From the IMG/VR virus record IMGVR_UViG_3300006052_000001: a DNA stretch of 64,000 bases, one strand, 5' to 3'. The notes beneath the pieces are model-generated. The model worked only from the letters and a program-made list of their open reading frames with translations. It was not told where the DNA came from and did no database searches. Below are positions 34,150 to 45,028 of this stretch, one piece after another; the stretch's first letter is position 1, and the number at the start of each line of letters is the position of its first letter. Position numbers and translations under genes: made by a program. The DNA comes from a virus. Its lineage: Duplodnaviria; Heunggongvirae; Uroviricota; Caudoviricetes.

Positions 34150-35007
34150 ATGAGCTATCCAAATATTGCACAGCAAACCATCGGGGAGCCTTTAGCTAAC
34201 CCTTGGTATACACCTGGCTTTACATCACAGATGCCCAACTATCAGGTTATTCCATCTAACCAATATCAGTTGGCAGGATTTCCCTCAGCAGCTACGTATG
34301 TAACCGTAACAGGCAACTTCTTCGATGAAGACGGTAACCCTATCTCTGGATACCTGACGTTCTACCCTAGCTCTTCATTGACTATGACTTACAACTCAGT
34401 AACAACAGTTATTCCGCAGAGATTTGTTGGTCAGAATCTTTGGGACGTTCCTGGTGCTTTCTGGGGTACAGGAAATATGTACTTGCATGACGGCAACCTT
34501 CTGGTTAGCTTGCTAGCTACTGACAACGCAGCAGTGGCTATGGTCCCTACGACTTTCACATATGCTGTTGTAGAAAATTGGCTGGGAGGAAGAACCTACA
34601 ATATAACGGTTCCCTCAACTAGCACAAGTCCTGTTGATATTAATTCACTTATTATTCCAGGTTCTACAGCAGACGAGGAAGTTGCAGAGTCAAGTACGAT
34701 TACTCTTGCTGCTACTTCAACCGAGTACATCCCTGCAAATATCAGCGCAAATACAGGCGGAATGAGTTTCAACCCAACAAGTTACACTGTGCAGTTTGCG
34801 TTCATTGCAGGATCAACTCAGCCGCAATCAGGAGACTGGCACACTGGTTCCTGGTCGTCATCTAACGCTCCGTATATTGCTGAGATTCTAGTTGGCCCGG
34901 CGAATGGTGGTCTTGTTCTGGCAGCAGGTTCATACGTGATCTGGGTTAAGGTTATTAGCAGCCCCCAAGTTCCTGTCTTCCCTGTCGGAACACTCGTTAT
35001 TTATTAA
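34150..35007 (+). CDS. Ser/Thr/Gly-rich virion structural protein
   Basis: 285-aa low-complexity ORF. Confidence 0.5.
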   Translation: MSYPNIAQQTIGEPLANPWYTPGFTSQMPNYQVIPSNQYQLAGFPSAATYVTVTGNFFDEDGNPISGYLTFYPSSSLTMTYNSVTTVIPQRFVGQNLWDVPGAFWGTGNMYLHDGNLLVSLLATDNAAVAMVPTTFTYAVVENWLGGRTYNITVPSTSTSPVDINSLIIPGSTADEEVAESSTITLAATSTEYIPANISANTGGMSFNPTSYTVQFAFIAGSTQPQSGDWHTGSWSSSNAPYIAEILVGPANGGLVLAAGSYVIWVKVISSPQVPVFPVGTLVIY

Positions 35008-35016
35008 GGATTTATC

Positions 35017-35490
35017 ATGGCCGTAACTTCCCACGTCTTCCCATCGGTAGACACCGCACTACTTGGCAAGCTTGCCAAGTTCACAGCCACAAGCGACACT
35101 CTTCAGGTGCTTCTAGTAGCTAGTACATCTCCTGCATATACATGGAATGGTACTTCCCAGGGCCACGCAACCGTAACAAACTTCCTTGCTGGTTCTGGTG
35201 CAGGAGCACTTACTGAAGTATCTGGTGGTGGATATTCACGTCAGACTCTAACATCAGTTACAGCGACAACTACTGGTCTTGTGACTACGCTGACTTGCGC
35301 TAATCCTTCATGGGCAGCCTCTACAATTTCCGCTACATATGCGTTGTTCTTTGACAACACTATTGGTGGTACTGACTCTACTAACCAGATCATTTGCTAC
35401 TGGGATTTCGGTGGTACTCAGGCTACTACAAGCGCAACATTCACACTAACAATCAGCGGTTCTGGTCTTGTTACCTGGACAGCAAGCTAA
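35017..35490 (+). CDS. Thr/Ser-rich structural protein
   Basis: 157-aa ORF. Confidence 0.5.
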   Translation: MAVTSHVFPSVDTALLGKLAKFTATSDTLQVLLVASTSPAYTWNGTSQGHATVTNFLAGSGAGALTEVSGGGYSRQTLTSVTATTTGLVTTLTCANPSWAASTISATYALFFDNTIGGTDSTNQIICYWDFGGTQATTSATFTLTISGSGLVTWTAS

Positions 35491-35502
35491 AGGAAATTAA
35501 AT

Positions 35503-36117
35503 ATGTCTTTCTTCACAGGTACAGTTGGCGAAGTAATTTACAACATGCCGGGTGCTGGTACTGCTTACAACACAAGCACTTCAGCTACAGTTATCTCAGC
35601 TAACTCCGCATCTAACCCACCTTTCCAGATGCCTACTCCGCTATGGCAGCCTTCATATGCGTCAGCACGTCTTCTTAGAATCGTTGCTGGTGGTACATAC
35701 GGTACTACAGTCTCAACACCGACACTTATCATTGGTGCTTACCTAGACCCAACACAGAACAGCACAACCTCTCAGATTGCCCTTGCAAAGACTGGTACAT
35801 ACACCATGCCTGCAACAGCTATCACAAACGGTAGCTGGCTGATGGATTTCTACGTAACAGTTAACCAGATCGGTGTTGGTGCTGGTGCATATGCTACTCT
35901 TGTATACACCAACGGTCTTCTGAACTTCTACCCTAACGGTAACAACGCAGCTACAGTTAACACAGGTAACGCAACAATTGGCATCGGAAGCCCTGGTGCT
36001 ACAATCTCTATCAACCCAATGGCTACTTACTTCCTAGAGCTTTGGGCAACATGGGGTACATCTTCAGCTTCTAACACAATTCAGTGTACTCAGTTCACCG
36101 TATTCGGTCTTAACTAA
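35503..36117 (+). CDS. Thr/Ala/Gly-rich structural protein
   Basis: 204-aa ORF followed by a hairpin. Confidence 0.5.
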   Translation: MSFFTGTVGEVIYNMPGAGTAYNTSTSATVISANSASNPPFQMPTPLWQPSYASARLLRIVAGGTYGTTVSTPTLIIGAYLDPTQNSTTSQIALAKTGTYTMPATAITNGSWLMDFYVTVNQIGVGAGAYATLVYTNGLLNFYPNGNNAATVNTGNATIGIGSPGATISINPMATYFLELWATWGTSSASNTIQCTQFTVFGLN

Positions 36118-36130
36118 AAGCCGCAAAATA

Positions 36131-36175
36131 GAAATACTCCTTAGATATACTCATGCTCTAAGGAGTATTTCGCCA
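36131..36175 (+). terminator. stem-loop (terminator-like)
   Basis: ATACTCCTTAGA...TCTAAGGAGTAT inverted repeat; no T-tract. Confidence 0.35.
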
Positions 36176-36196
36176 TACCTTAGAAGCTGAGATAAC

Positions 36197-38458
36197 GTGG
36201 CTTTACAGATACCAGCATCATCAGCGTATGTTACCTTACCACTTGCGCTTAGGTACAATAATTCGCTAATTGCGCTGAAGCAAACATATCCTAATGAGCG
36301 ACCCGCTCCTGTAAATATTGCTGGCCCGACAGCCGGAATTCTTGTACAGGCTCCCGGTTCGCCCATCGGTAACCCATACGTTATCTCAAATCTTTCAGCT
36401 ACATCTGCTTCTACCTCACAGGTTTTCGCTGCTCAGAATGCGTCTAACTCTCCTGATGCTATTGTCGTAGCTCTTTCACAAACTGGTACTGTCCAGGTTA
36501 CTGCTGTTGCTGATTCAAAGGGAAATACCTATAAGCAAGTTGCTATTTCAACTACTCAGATGAACGGCCATCTGTGGGTTGCTGTTGGTAATATAGTAGC
36601 GCTGACAACTGCTAATACTTTTACAATCACGTATAACTCTGCAACTTCCTGTACTAAGACGCTCATTGCTATTGGTGCCCCCGGCGCTGCTGCCATTGAC
36701 CGTCACCAGAGCGGTTCGGGTAACAGCACTGCTCCTACAGTTTCTACTGGTGTTCTTACTCTTCCATACCAGATAGTTATTGCACAGATAGCATCGGGCA
36801 ACGGGGCCAACCTGCCTGCGTCTTTGTCATTTAACCTATTAGCTCAGCAAGTTTCCGCACAGCAAGCATCTACCGTTGGGTACACCATAACCCAATACGG
36901 TAATAGCACGCAAACAATGTCTGGAACATTGCCACTAACAGGTCAGTGGTCAGCACAAGTAGTCTCTCTAGCCCTATGGCTTCCTCTTGAACTTCCGGCT
37001 CAGAACTGGCCTAGCAATGTAATAACTAATCCGTCCCTGAGATTTAACCCTGGATTAGTTCTTCAGCCTACCCCAACTCTTCCCGGTAATTACACCGTAG
37101 TTCCTGGTCCTACAGCAGCCAACATAACTGTATCTGGTCCAGCTAATAGCAACATCCATACAGACGCACCTTTCGTAAGTCCTGTATACAGTACGCAGCT
37201 ACCGCCTTCTTTCACCTACAATAATTCATTTACCGGGCTAAGACAGCAGTTCCCAACTGCTCCTGTTCCTACAAGCGTTCCTTATCCAGCGCCAGCTAGC
37301 GTAACGATAACAGCCGCGCCTGGTAATAATATCCATACAGATGCGCCGTTCGTCGTACCAATAATGAGTACGATACTTCCATCCTTCATGGAATTTAATC
37401 CGGCTCTACAGAATATGATGCCTCAGTATCCTGCGGCTCCTGTTCCTACGTTAGTACCTTATCCTTCCGCAGCTAGCATAACTGTAGCTGCTGTAGCAGG
37501 TTCTACGGTTGACACAATACCAGGAACAGTTTCGTCAGTAAGCGTTGCCGGAATTGCCGGTTCGACTATTGATATAATTCCTGGGTCTGTTGCAAACGTA
37601 AGTGTGGCCGGATATGCAACAGACGCATTTATTTCTGCCGTTGGAACTGTATCTCAGGTAAACGTTGCTGGTGTAAATGGTTCAATAGTTGTCGGCTTTA
37701 ATGCTGCACCATTTGTTTACCCGGTAACAAACACAATAGTACCGGCTTTTATGCGGTACAACGCTGCCTATCTTGGTCTAAAACCTAACGTTGTACTGCC
37801 TTTGCCGCCAACACCGATCTTTGTTGTTGGCACAACGTCTAGTGTTTCTGTAGCTACTATCTCAGGTTCGCTTCTAGTTTCCCCGCAGGGAACAGTACCT
37901 AATATAACTGTAGCTGGTGCCTCTGGTGTCATAAGTATTGCACCTTCTGGCACGGCTTCTGGGGTTTCAGTAGCCGGAAATTCTGGCGGTATAATTGTCG
38001 CCACAATTGGATCAGTAGGTTCTGTAACTACCACAGGAGTTAGCGGAATAATACAGATAAGCCAGTCTGTTCCTGCACCTAATGTTTCTACTGCTGGGTA
38101 TCCTGGCGGATTCATAATTAATCTAGCGGGCACAACAGCAGGAGTTTCTGTAGCTGCTCCTAATTTGTGGGTTGCTATATCAGTATCAGCAAGTCCAGCT
38201 ACCATAAGTACTCAGGCAGTAAGCGGATTTCTTCCTGTCTTTGGTACTACTGCTGCTGCTGTCAACGTTAAGTCTTACCCTGGAATAGCGGGTATTCTGG
38301 ACTTCAATGGTACACTAGATACGAATACCTGGAATGGAAGTGTAGGTAATATGTTTGGTGGTACAGTAGGAAATATCGGGTGGAGTGGTTCTGTAATTTC
38401 TTACGATGAAACATTTACGGTAACTGGCGGCGATGTGGACGCTTCTAGTAGTGACTGA
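36197..38458 (+). CDS. large repetitive structural protein (fibre/decoration-like)
   Basis: 753 aa; tandem NIHTDAPFV..P..ST.LP.F repeats and VS(V)AG(I/V) repeats. Confidence 0.55.
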   Translation: MALQIPASSAYVTLPLALRYNNSLIALKQTYPNERPAPVNIAGPTAGILVQAPGSPIGNPYVISNLSATSASTSQVFAAQNASNSPDAIVVALSQTGTVQVTAVADSKGNTYKQVAISTTQMNGHLWVAVGNIVALTTANTFTITYNSATSCTKTLIAIGAPGAAAIDRHQSGSGNSTAPTVSTGVLTLPYQIVIAQIASGNGANLPASLSFNLLAQQVSAQQASTVGYTITQYGNSTQTMSGTLPLTGQWSAQVVSLALWLPLELPAQNWPSNVITNPSLRFNPGLVLQPTPTLPGNYTVVPGPTAANITVSGPANSNIHTDAPFVSPVYSTQLPPSFTYNNSFTGLRQQFPTAPVPTSVPYPAPASVTITAAPGNNIHTDAPFVVPIMSTILPSFMEFNPALQNMMPQYPAAPVPTLVPYPSAASITVAAVAGSTVDTIPGTVSSVSVAGIAGSTIDIIPGSVANVSVAGYATDAFISAVGTVSQVNVAGVNGSIVVGFNAAPFVYPVTNTIVPAFMRYNAAYLGLKPNVVLPLPPTPIFVVGTTSSVSVATISGSLLVSPQGTVPNITVAGASGVISIAPSGTASGVSVAGNSGGIIVATIGSVGSVTTTGVSGIIQISQSVPAPNVSTAGYPGGFIINLAGTTAGVSVAAPNLWVAISVSASPATISTQAVSGFLPVFGTTAAAVNVKSYPGIAGILDFNGTLDTNTWNGSVGNMFGGTVGNIGWSGSVISYDETFTVTGGDVDASSSD

Positions 38459-38519
38459 CAGCAAAAGCATGGTATTATGAGAAAAGAAATTTCTATTACG
38501 TTAACGTAAGGACGAATCA

Positions 38520-39182
38520 ATGGTTCTAACACCAGTCGCCGCTGATGGCGTGCAGACAATCATTCCTGGTTGGACTAACCAGTCAGCCTCACCTTATTCA
38601 ACAGGTCTGGAAAGTTATTCCAACACAAGCGCTCCGCTATTCGATCCGCCACAGGCGAATAACTACGTAGCGTGGACTCTTATTCCTGATGACGCTATTG
38701 GTACAACAAACCACGTAGCATCAACTCACGGACAGCTTTCAAGAGTTTTTATACCAGCCAACGGCTCTGTTGGTCACCTTGACTTCCTGTTCACAACAGC
38801 AGGTACAGTTACGGTTTTCTATGCTGGTATTTACTCAGCAACAGGTGTACAGCTAGCGGTTACCGCTGAGTCTCATGCATCTATTTCTGGTTCAGCGATT
38901 ACGGCTCTTGCCCTTACAGCAGCTACAAACCTAACTGGCGGAACATTCGTTTACGTGTTCACCACAATGACTTGGAGCGTCCAGCCAGTTCTTGCCGGTG
39001 TTAACTACGCATCTGCTGGTGGAGCTACAAACTACGCTATCGCTATGGCTAACGCTGGTCTTACAGTAGCAACTGCTCCTAACTCTTCTGACTACGGTGT
39101 GCAGGCAACACTGCCAGCTTCACTAACAATGTCTGGTCTAACTGGTTACGGTTCAAAGCCTTGGATCGGTCTGAGAGCATAA
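38520..39182 (+). CDS. structural protein (Thr/Ala-rich)
   Basis: 220-aa ORF. Confidence 0.5.
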   Translation: MVLTPVAADGVQTIIPGWTNQSASPYSTGLESYSNTSAPLFDPPQANNYVAWTLIPDDAIGTTNHVASTHGQLSRVFIPANGSVGHLDFLFTTAGTVTVFYAGIYSATGVQLAVTAESHASISGSAITALALTAATNLTGGTFVYVFTTMTWSVQPVLAGVNYASAGGATNYAIAMANAGLTVATAPNSSDYGVQATLPASLTMSGLTGYGSKPWIGLRA

Positions 39183-39185
39183 TTT

Positions 39186-39599
39186 ATGGCTACCTTTTCT
39201 ATTAGTGGAACCTTAGTAGCCACTACTAATCAGGAAGTAGTACTAACTCCTAGATGGTCCTACGTTACTGTGGAAAACACAGGAGCCTCTGGTACTATCT
39301 ATCTTAGAACTGACGGTACTGCTGCTACTGTTGCGGGTACTGATTGCTATAGCCTTCAGCCGGGAGAGCGTGGAGTATTTGCTAATCAGCTTCCTCTTTG
39401 GACACAAGCAGCTACAGTTATTGCTGCTGGTACTGATGTAGCTAATCCATTAGCTGCTGGTTCACCAGGCTGGCCCGGTACTCCTGCATCTCCTAACATT
39501 TATGGTGCTTCACTATATGGTGGAACATCTAACCCAGGAACAAAGGTAGACCTAATTAGCTCTGGTACTCCAACATTTACAGTTTCGGCTGCCGGATAA
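39186..39599 (+). CDS. structural protein
   Basis: 137-aa ORF. Confidence 0.5.
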   Translation: MATFSISGTLVATTNQEVVLTPRWSYVTVENTGASGTIYLRTDGTAATVAGTDCYSLQPGERGVFANQLPLWTQAATVIAAGTDVANPLAAGSPGWPGTPASPNIYGASLYGGTSNPGTKVDLISSGTPTFTVSAAG

Positions 39600-39613
39600 G
39601 AAAGAAGATTAAA

Positions 39614-40036
39614 ATGGCAGATACAAGAAGTCCAATCGCTCCTTCAGGTATGTATCCTGAGCGTCCTGGCACAGCTTATGAGCGTAAGATGGGACCAGAT
39701 CGCGCTGGCGTTGTTGGTCCTCTACGTTTTGAGGAAGGTCTGGCTACAGATACAGACATTCCTAACGAGTACACTAAGGGCTTCATGCAGGGATTTGTTA
39801 CTGCTCCTGGTCGCCCAAATCACAACGCAAACGTATACGAGAAGTGGCCGGAAGAGACAATGCGTGAGCGCGCTCACGTAGGTTCTGCCGCTTGGGTAGA
39901 GGCACCAACTTACCTTGGTGAATTTGCTCATGGTGCTGACTCTGTTGTTACAGAGAAGAAGTACGAGATGGTAGACCGTAGCGCTCCTTATGGCCGTCGT
40001 TACGAGCGTCACAATCCTGCTGAGGTAATGGACTAG
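39614..40036 (+). CDS. hypothetical protein
   Basis: 140-aa ORF. Confidence 0.5.
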   Translation: MADTRSPIAPSGMYPERPGTAYERKMGPDRAGVVGPLRFEEGLATDTDIPNEYTKGFMQGFVTAPGRPNHNANVYEKWPEETMRERAHVGSAAWVEAPTYLGEFAHGADSVVTEKKYEMVDRSAPYGRRYERHNPAEVMD

Positions 40037-40053
40037 TCCATTAGGAGATTCCA

Positions 40054-40257
40054 ATGGCACAGCCAAACGCTCTCAATAATCATCAGTTTAAAGCCCGTTT
40101 AAGAAAAGACCCCATTCACGACACAAGAAAGCCGTCGTTTAAGGGTTCTGATGGGTCCAAGACGATGCGTGTTGATACTGGCAAGGGCTTGCCTAGGCCG
40201 CAGGAAAGACACCGCCACCATAGGCATAATGCTCCCAGGACACGCAGAGCAAGATGA
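40054..40257 (+). CDS. small highly basic protein
   Basis: 67 aa; HRHHRHNAPRTRRAR. Confidence 0.4.
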   Translation: MAQPNALNNHQFKARLRKDPIHDTRKPSFKGSDGSKTMRVDTGKGLPRPQERHRHHRHNAPRTRRAR

Positions 40258-40520
40258 TTGAGTTTAATGATCGTCGTAATCTCGGGCACCTTCCAAAGCC
40301 AGAAGATTACGAAACCCCTTTGACAAAAGCCAGACTGACGGAAGCCAATAGGCGCTTCCGTCAGTCTGGTGTTCCTAGGGTAGTTAGTACAGACAGAGAA
40401 AAAGCTGCTAATATAGTTAGCATTGTGACTAAAGAACGTCGCAAAGGGACAATTAATCCGGGTCAGACAGTTGGAGAATACCTTGAATTCCTTAATTCAA
40501 TTTCAGAGAGCCGCGAATAG
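40254..40520 (+). CDS. hypothetical protein
   Basis: 88-aa ORF. Confidence 0.4.
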   Translation: MIEFNDRRNLGHLPKPEDYETPLTKARLTEANRRFRQSGVPRVVSTDREKAANIVSIVTKERRKGTINPGQTVGEYLEFLNSISESRE

Positions 40521-42251
40521 ATGAGTATTGATTTCGTATCCCCAAGTATGCGGGCTTCGGGTTCAGACCTTACTATCGCTATATCTCCACTTGGATTGGT
40601 GGAACTATCAGACGAAGAGTTTGAAGTACACGGACCAAGACTAAATAGATATGCTCAAGCTTGGGCTTTCTACCTTGGTCATCATTGGGCTTACCGCAGA
40701 GAAGCGGGAGAGCCGCAGATCACATTTAACTATGTGAGGGCGTTGTCAGACTGGCTGACTAACTTTACTTTCTCAAAGGGCGTGACATTCCGCTCTGTAC
40801 CTAAGTATGCACACACTATCCCCGCATTACTTCAGCGTATCTGGGATAAGGATAACAACAAGCAGCAGATCATCTGGGAAATCGGGAACCAGGGATCAGT
40901 ACAGGGTGATGCTTTTGTTAAGATCGCATACGAACCAGCTTTCATTGACGGAGTTGGTGTTCCTCATCCCGGTCGTGTAAGAATCCTGCCTCTTAATGCT
41001 TCATTCTGTTTCCCAGAATGGCACCCTCACGACAGGCAGAGACTAATCAGGTTCAAGCTTAAGTATCGTTTCTGGGGAACTGCCCCAGAAGGAACGAGAC
41101 AAGTTTACACATACGTAGAAATCATTACAGATGATGTAATTGAAGAGTACGTAAATGACGAGCTTATTGATCGCAGGGAAAATCCCCTAGGTTTTATTCC
41201 AGTAGTGCATATCGCCAACCGTATTGCATCTGCTTCTCCTTGGGGTCTTTCAGATATCATGGATGTTATTCCGCTGAACAGAGAGTTCAATGAGAAGGCA
41301 ACTGATATCTCGGATATTGTAAACTACTACACCGCTCCGGTCACTATCATTACAGGCGCTAAGGTTTCCAATCTGGAACGAGGCGCTAACAAAATGTGGT
41401 CCATCGCACAAAAGGATGTTAAGGTTGAGAACCTTTCCGGTGGATCAGAAGGTTTACCCCCTGCCCTAGAGTATCTTCAGATGGTGAAGATCGGTATGCA
41501 CGAAATGATCGGCATTCCCGAGAACTCACTAGGTATGGCTCAGCCAATTTCCAACACTTCAGGTGTTGCTCTGGCTATCCAGTACATGCCAACAATGATG
41601 ACTTATGATCAGAAGAGAACACAGTATGAAGTGGGCTTTAAAGAGATAAGTAAAATTGCGCTGAAGACGCTCTTTCTTTTTGAGCCAGACACGTTAATAT
41701 ATGATCCAACTACAGAGGGTATACTAGAGAATGTAGATCAGCCAATTGTGATTGATCCTACTGACCCAGAAGTTTATGACATATCTTGTGTTTGGCCGCC
41801 GCCTTTGCCAGTTGATAAGACTATTCAGCTAACAGAGCTACAGGCAAAGGAAGCACTTGGTCTTGAGTCAAAGATCGGTATGCTAAGAGAACTTGGATAC
41901 GAGTTCCCTGATGAGAAGCTAGCCGAGCTATTTGACGAAAGAGTAACAGACATGGAGCAAGCTGCTGGAATGCAGATTAGGCAAGCTATGGTAGCTGCTC
42001 TTATCACTAGACTTACAGGTCTTGTACCTGAAGGTTACGCTGAAGAGGAACCACCGCCAGCGCCGAATGCAGATGGAACTAAGCCGCCATCAGCACCGGC
42101 AAGGCCGATGGATAAGATGCCTCTACCAGCACTGCCATCATTGGGAGATATTTCGGGGCTGGGTGGCAGCAACGTTCTAGAGAATATTAACACCTATGCG
42201 TTTGGCACAAAGCTACCGCAAAGAAGAAATGTAAATAACACTAACGATTAA
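40521..42251 (+). CDS. portal protein (putative)
   Basis: 576 aa directly upstream of scaffold and capsid genes; Pro/Ala-rich flexible C-terminus. Confidence 0.5.
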   Translation: MSIDFVSPSMRASGSDLTIAISPLGLVELSDEEFEVHGPRLNRYAQAWAFYLGHHWAYRREAGEPQITFNYVRALSDWLTNFTFSKGVTFRSVPKYAHTIPALLQRIWDKDNNKQQIIWEIGNQGSVQGDAFVKIAYEPAFIDGVGVPHPGRVRILPLNASFCFPEWHPHDRQRLIRFKLKYRFWGTAPEGTRQVYTYVEIITDDVIEEYVNDELIDRRENPLGFIPVVHIANRIASASPWGLSDIMDVIPLNREFNEKATDISDIVNYYTAPVTIITGAKVSNLERGANKMWSIAQKDVKVENLSGGSEGLPPALEYLQMVKIGMHEMIGIPENSLGMAQPISNTSGVALAIQYMPTMMTYDQKRTQYEVGFKEISKIALKTLFLFEPDTLIYDPTTEGILENVDQPIVIDPTDPEVYDISCVWPPPLPVDKTIQLTELQAKEALGLESKIGMLRELGYEFPDEKLAELFDERVTDMEQAAGMQIRQAMVAALITRLTGLVPEGYAEEEPPPAPNADGTKPPSAPARPMDKMPLPALPSLGDISGLGGSNVLENINTYAFGTKLPQRRNVNNTND

Positions 42252-42284
42252 TTTGTGGCTTATTCGGAGAACTTAAAGTATTAA

Positions 42285-43118
42285 ATGAAAGGGACAGAAA
42301 TGACAACACCAGGAACAATCATTGGTTACCGTAAGAACGGTATGCCAATAAGATTGCAGGCAGGCGGAAGTGAGCCAACTCCACCGGCAGTTCCGCCAGT
42401 TACAATTAACATGCCTCCTGCACCGCCAACTGGTGAGCAATATTTTACAGCCGCTCAGCTAGAGGCAGCAAGACAGCAGGAAAAAGACAAGGTGTATGGT
42501 CGCCTAGAAGCGGCAGAACAATTAGCACAGGCTATGAGAGCCGAAGTAGAAACTCTCAAGTCTAAAGAAGCCCAACGCGAAGCTGAAGTTGCAGCAAGGC
42601 AAGCTGAAGCAGAAGCGGCAGCTAGAGCAGCAGCAGAAGAAAAGCTTTCTGTTGCCGAGCTAATTGCGGCTAGAGAAAAGGAACTACTTGCAAAGCAAGA
42701 AGCTTTCGAACAAGAAATGCGTCTAAAGCAAGCAGTTATCGAAAAAGAACAACAGTTCATTCAGATGCAGGCATACATTAGTAGCCGTGTAAATGAAGAA
42801 ATGGCTCAGGGTAATCTAGCACCTGAGTTCCTAGATTATATTACAGGTAATACTACTGACGAAGTTGAAGCAAGTATTACTAAAGCCAAGGAAAAAACTG
42901 CTAGTATAGCAGAAGCGAGAGCAAAAGCGCTAGGACATACACGTCCTGGTGTATCCCCAACAGGAGCAGGTCTAACAGGACCAATGGATCAACTACTAGG
43001 ACAACCGCAAGAGCCAACTGACGCGCAAATTGCAGCGATGAGCATGGCCGAATATGCACAATACAGGGCAGCTAGGGGAATTGACAAGGCAGGAAAAGAT
43101 CGAGGAATGTTCGGCTAA
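42285..43118 (+). CDS. scaffolding protein
   Basis: Ala/Glu/Gln-rich coiled coil between portal and capsid genes. Confidence 0.6.
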   Translation: MKGTEMTTPGTIIGYRKNGMPIRLQAGGSEPTPPAVPPVTINMPPAPPTGEQYFTAAQLEAARQQEKDKVYGRLEAAEQLAQAMRAEVETLKSKEAQREAEVAARQAEAEAAARAAAEEKLSVAELIAAREKELLAKQEAFEQEMRLKQAVIEKEQQFIQMQAYISSRVNEEMAQGNLAPEFLDYITGNTTDEVEASITKAKEKTASIAEARAKALGHTRPGVSPTGAGLTGPMDQLLGQPQEPTDAQIAAMSMAEYAQYRAARGIDKAGKDRGMFG

Positions 43119-43480
43119 TGCTTCTTCGTTGTAACGCTTGCGGCGAAGAAAAAGATTCCTCAGAGTTTTACGCAAGAAAAAGTACTCCACGAGGCTTTAG
43201 ATACGAGTGTAAAATTTGCGAGAACCATAGGCGTAACGTAAACCGATATGGTATAACTAAAGAAGACTTTAAAAAACTCTATGAGCAGCAAGAAGGCGCG
43301 TGCGCCGTTTGCGGTAAGTTTCTTGAGTACAATGGTCTTGATACGCACATAGATCATGACCACGATACAGGAAAAGTGCGTGGCATTCTTTGTTCGAACT
43401 GCAATACTGCTTTAGGTTTACTAAAAGAAAACGTTGAAATCATATTGGCGCTGGCCATGTACAAGCTAGCCAGCGAATAA
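43118..43480 (+). CDS. endonuclease VII-like (HNH) nuclease
   Basis: CNACG...HIDHDHDTGKVRGILCSNCN. Confidence 0.65.
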   Translation: MLLRCNACGEEKDSSEFYARKSTPRGFRYECKICENHRRNVNRYGITKEDFKKLYEQQEGACAVCGKFLEYNGLDTHIDHDHDTGKVRGILCSNCNTALGLLKENVEIILALAMYKLASE

Positions 43481-43510
43481 AAAACTAGCCGTCCTGAAAG
43501 GAAACAAAAC

Positions 43511-44512
43511 ATGGCCGGTTCAGCCCTAACAGGAACCAGCTTTCTGAGCGCGTCACCAACAGCTTATAGTGGTGGCGGTAATCAGCTTACAGCAGCAGTT
43601 CAGACAATCTGGTCGAAAGAAATTTTGTTCCAGGCAATGCCGATTTTAAGATTCGAACAGTTCGCTGTTAAGAAGACAGAATTGGGCGTTCAGCCAGGAC
43701 TTACTATTCACTTCATGCGTTACAATAACCTAGGTGCGGCTTCGCAGCTAGTTGAAGGTGTACGTATGGAAACATTCCCTCTAACCGCTTCTCAGTTCGA
43801 CATCACTGTCGCTGAGCAGGGTTACGCTATTGCGGTTTCAGAACTGCTGCTAAACGCATCTTTCGATGACGTTATGGCATCTGGTTCTAGACTACTTGGC
43901 CGTAACATGGCGCTGTACCTTGACGGTTCAGCTAGGGACACGCTATACCAGGCTTCATCAATGATCTGGGGATACAACAAGTTCGCGCTTTCAACAGCAG
44001 TTCGTACTCCACTTTCACCATATGACCACGGTGCAGCCGCAACAGCAACAGCAACTCTAAGCGCTGGTAACTACAGCTTCACAACTGCCGTAGTTAAGGA
44101 CGCTCAGGAGACTCTTGCTACTAAGAACGTGCCACGTCTAGGTGAGACATATGTATGTTTCATTCACCCTCACCAGTCACGTCAGCTACGTGATGACCCT
44201 GAGTTCATTGAGGTAACAAAGTATGCCGCTCCTGGTAACTTCCTCCTAGGTGAAATCGGTCGTCTAAACGACGTTGTATTCATCGAGACAACTCAGGTCT
44301 ACAACAACTACGTATCTGGTACTTCCGGTCCTCTATACTACAACGCTATCTTCATCGGAGACAATGCGTTTGGTCACGCTATTTCACTTCCTGTGGAACT
44401 ACGTGATGGTGGTATTCTAGACTTCGGTAGAGAGCACGCACTTGGTTGGTATTCAATTTGGGGTCTTGGTATTATTACTGACCAGGCTGTTCTGATCGCT
44501 CAGACAAACTAA
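43511..44512 (+). CDS. major capsid protein
   Basis: 333 aa after the scaffold gene; followed by a strong hairpin. Confidence 0.6.
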   Translation: MAGSALTGTSFLSASPTAYSGGGNQLTAAVQTIWSKEILFQAMPILRFEQFAVKKTELGVQPGLTIHFMRYNNLGAASQLVEGVRMETFPLTASQFDITVAEQGYAIAVSELLLNASFDDVMASGSRLLGRNMALYLDGSARDTLYQASSMIWGYNKFALSTAVRTPLSPYDHGAAATATATLSAGNYSFTTAVVKDAQETLATKNVPRLGETYVCFIHPHQSRQLRDDPEFIEVTKYAAPGNFLLGEIGRLNDVVFIETTQVYNNYVSGTSGPLYYNAIFIGDNAFGHAISLPVELRDGGILDFGREHALGWYSIWGLGIITDQAVLIAQTN

Positions 44513-44526
44513 GCTTTAAATTTTGA

Positions 44527-44548
44527 TGGGGCCGGGTAAAACCGGCCC
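44527..44548 (+). terminator. GC-rich stem-loop after the capsid gene
   Basis: GGGGCCGG-gtaaaa-CCGGCCCC; no clear T-tract. Confidence 0.4.
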
Positions 44549-44589
44549 CATATAAAACAACATATGAACAAGTAATTAGGGATAGAAAA

Positions 44590-45027
44590 ATGACAGAATC
44601 AACTCCATCATCACCACGTACACAGCGTAAGCGCCCAGCGGACTTCACCGGGATACAGTCTGAAAGACTGAATGAAGAAAAGAAAGTCGAGCGCGCTGCT
44701 TCTAAAATCGCTATGGTTAACGCAGTAGATGAGGTTTCAGGTCCACAGTTTGTTGACTACACTGGCGCTGATATTCCGCTTCCAGAGGTAGAAGTACATG
44801 AAGTGGAAGTAAACAACCCATACCGCACAATCAGAGTTAACACAAAGATTGAGCAGATGACATTCGGCCGAAGAGTTATGGACCCAGGCGACCCGCAACA
44901 CGGAATTCCGCCTATCATGGGTGACCTGCCAATGTACAACTTCGATGAAGGTAAATCATATAGAGTGCCTAAAGATATGGCAGAACATCTTGAGGCCAAG
45001 GGCTATCTAGCTTACATAGGATCATAG
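44590..45027 (+). CDS. head-associated protein
   Basis: 145-aa ORF, GGGATAGAAAAATG. Confidence 0.45.
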   Translation: MTESTPSSPRTQRKRPADFTGIQSERLNEEKKVERAASKIAMVNAVDEVSGPQFVDYTGADIPLPEVEVHEVEVNNPYRTIRVNTKIEQMTFGRRVMDPGDPQHGIPPIMGDLPMYNFDEGKSYRVPKDMAEHLEAKGYLAYIGS

Positions 45028-45028
45028 A

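Noticed and set aside
32698-38205. Antisense and embedded ORFs inside long structural genes (for example 32698..33087 -, 37768..38205 -, 35394..35603 +, 45181..45534, 46900..47148, 51070..51535 -)
   Set aside because: Fully contained within longer, better-supported ORFs on the other strand or frame. Typical GC-rich or low-complexity shadow ORFs.
44527-44548. Hairpin after the major capsid gene as a classical intrinsic terminator
   Set aside because: Strong GC stem but no downstream U-tract. Annotated only as a stem-loop, possibly an RNA-stability element.
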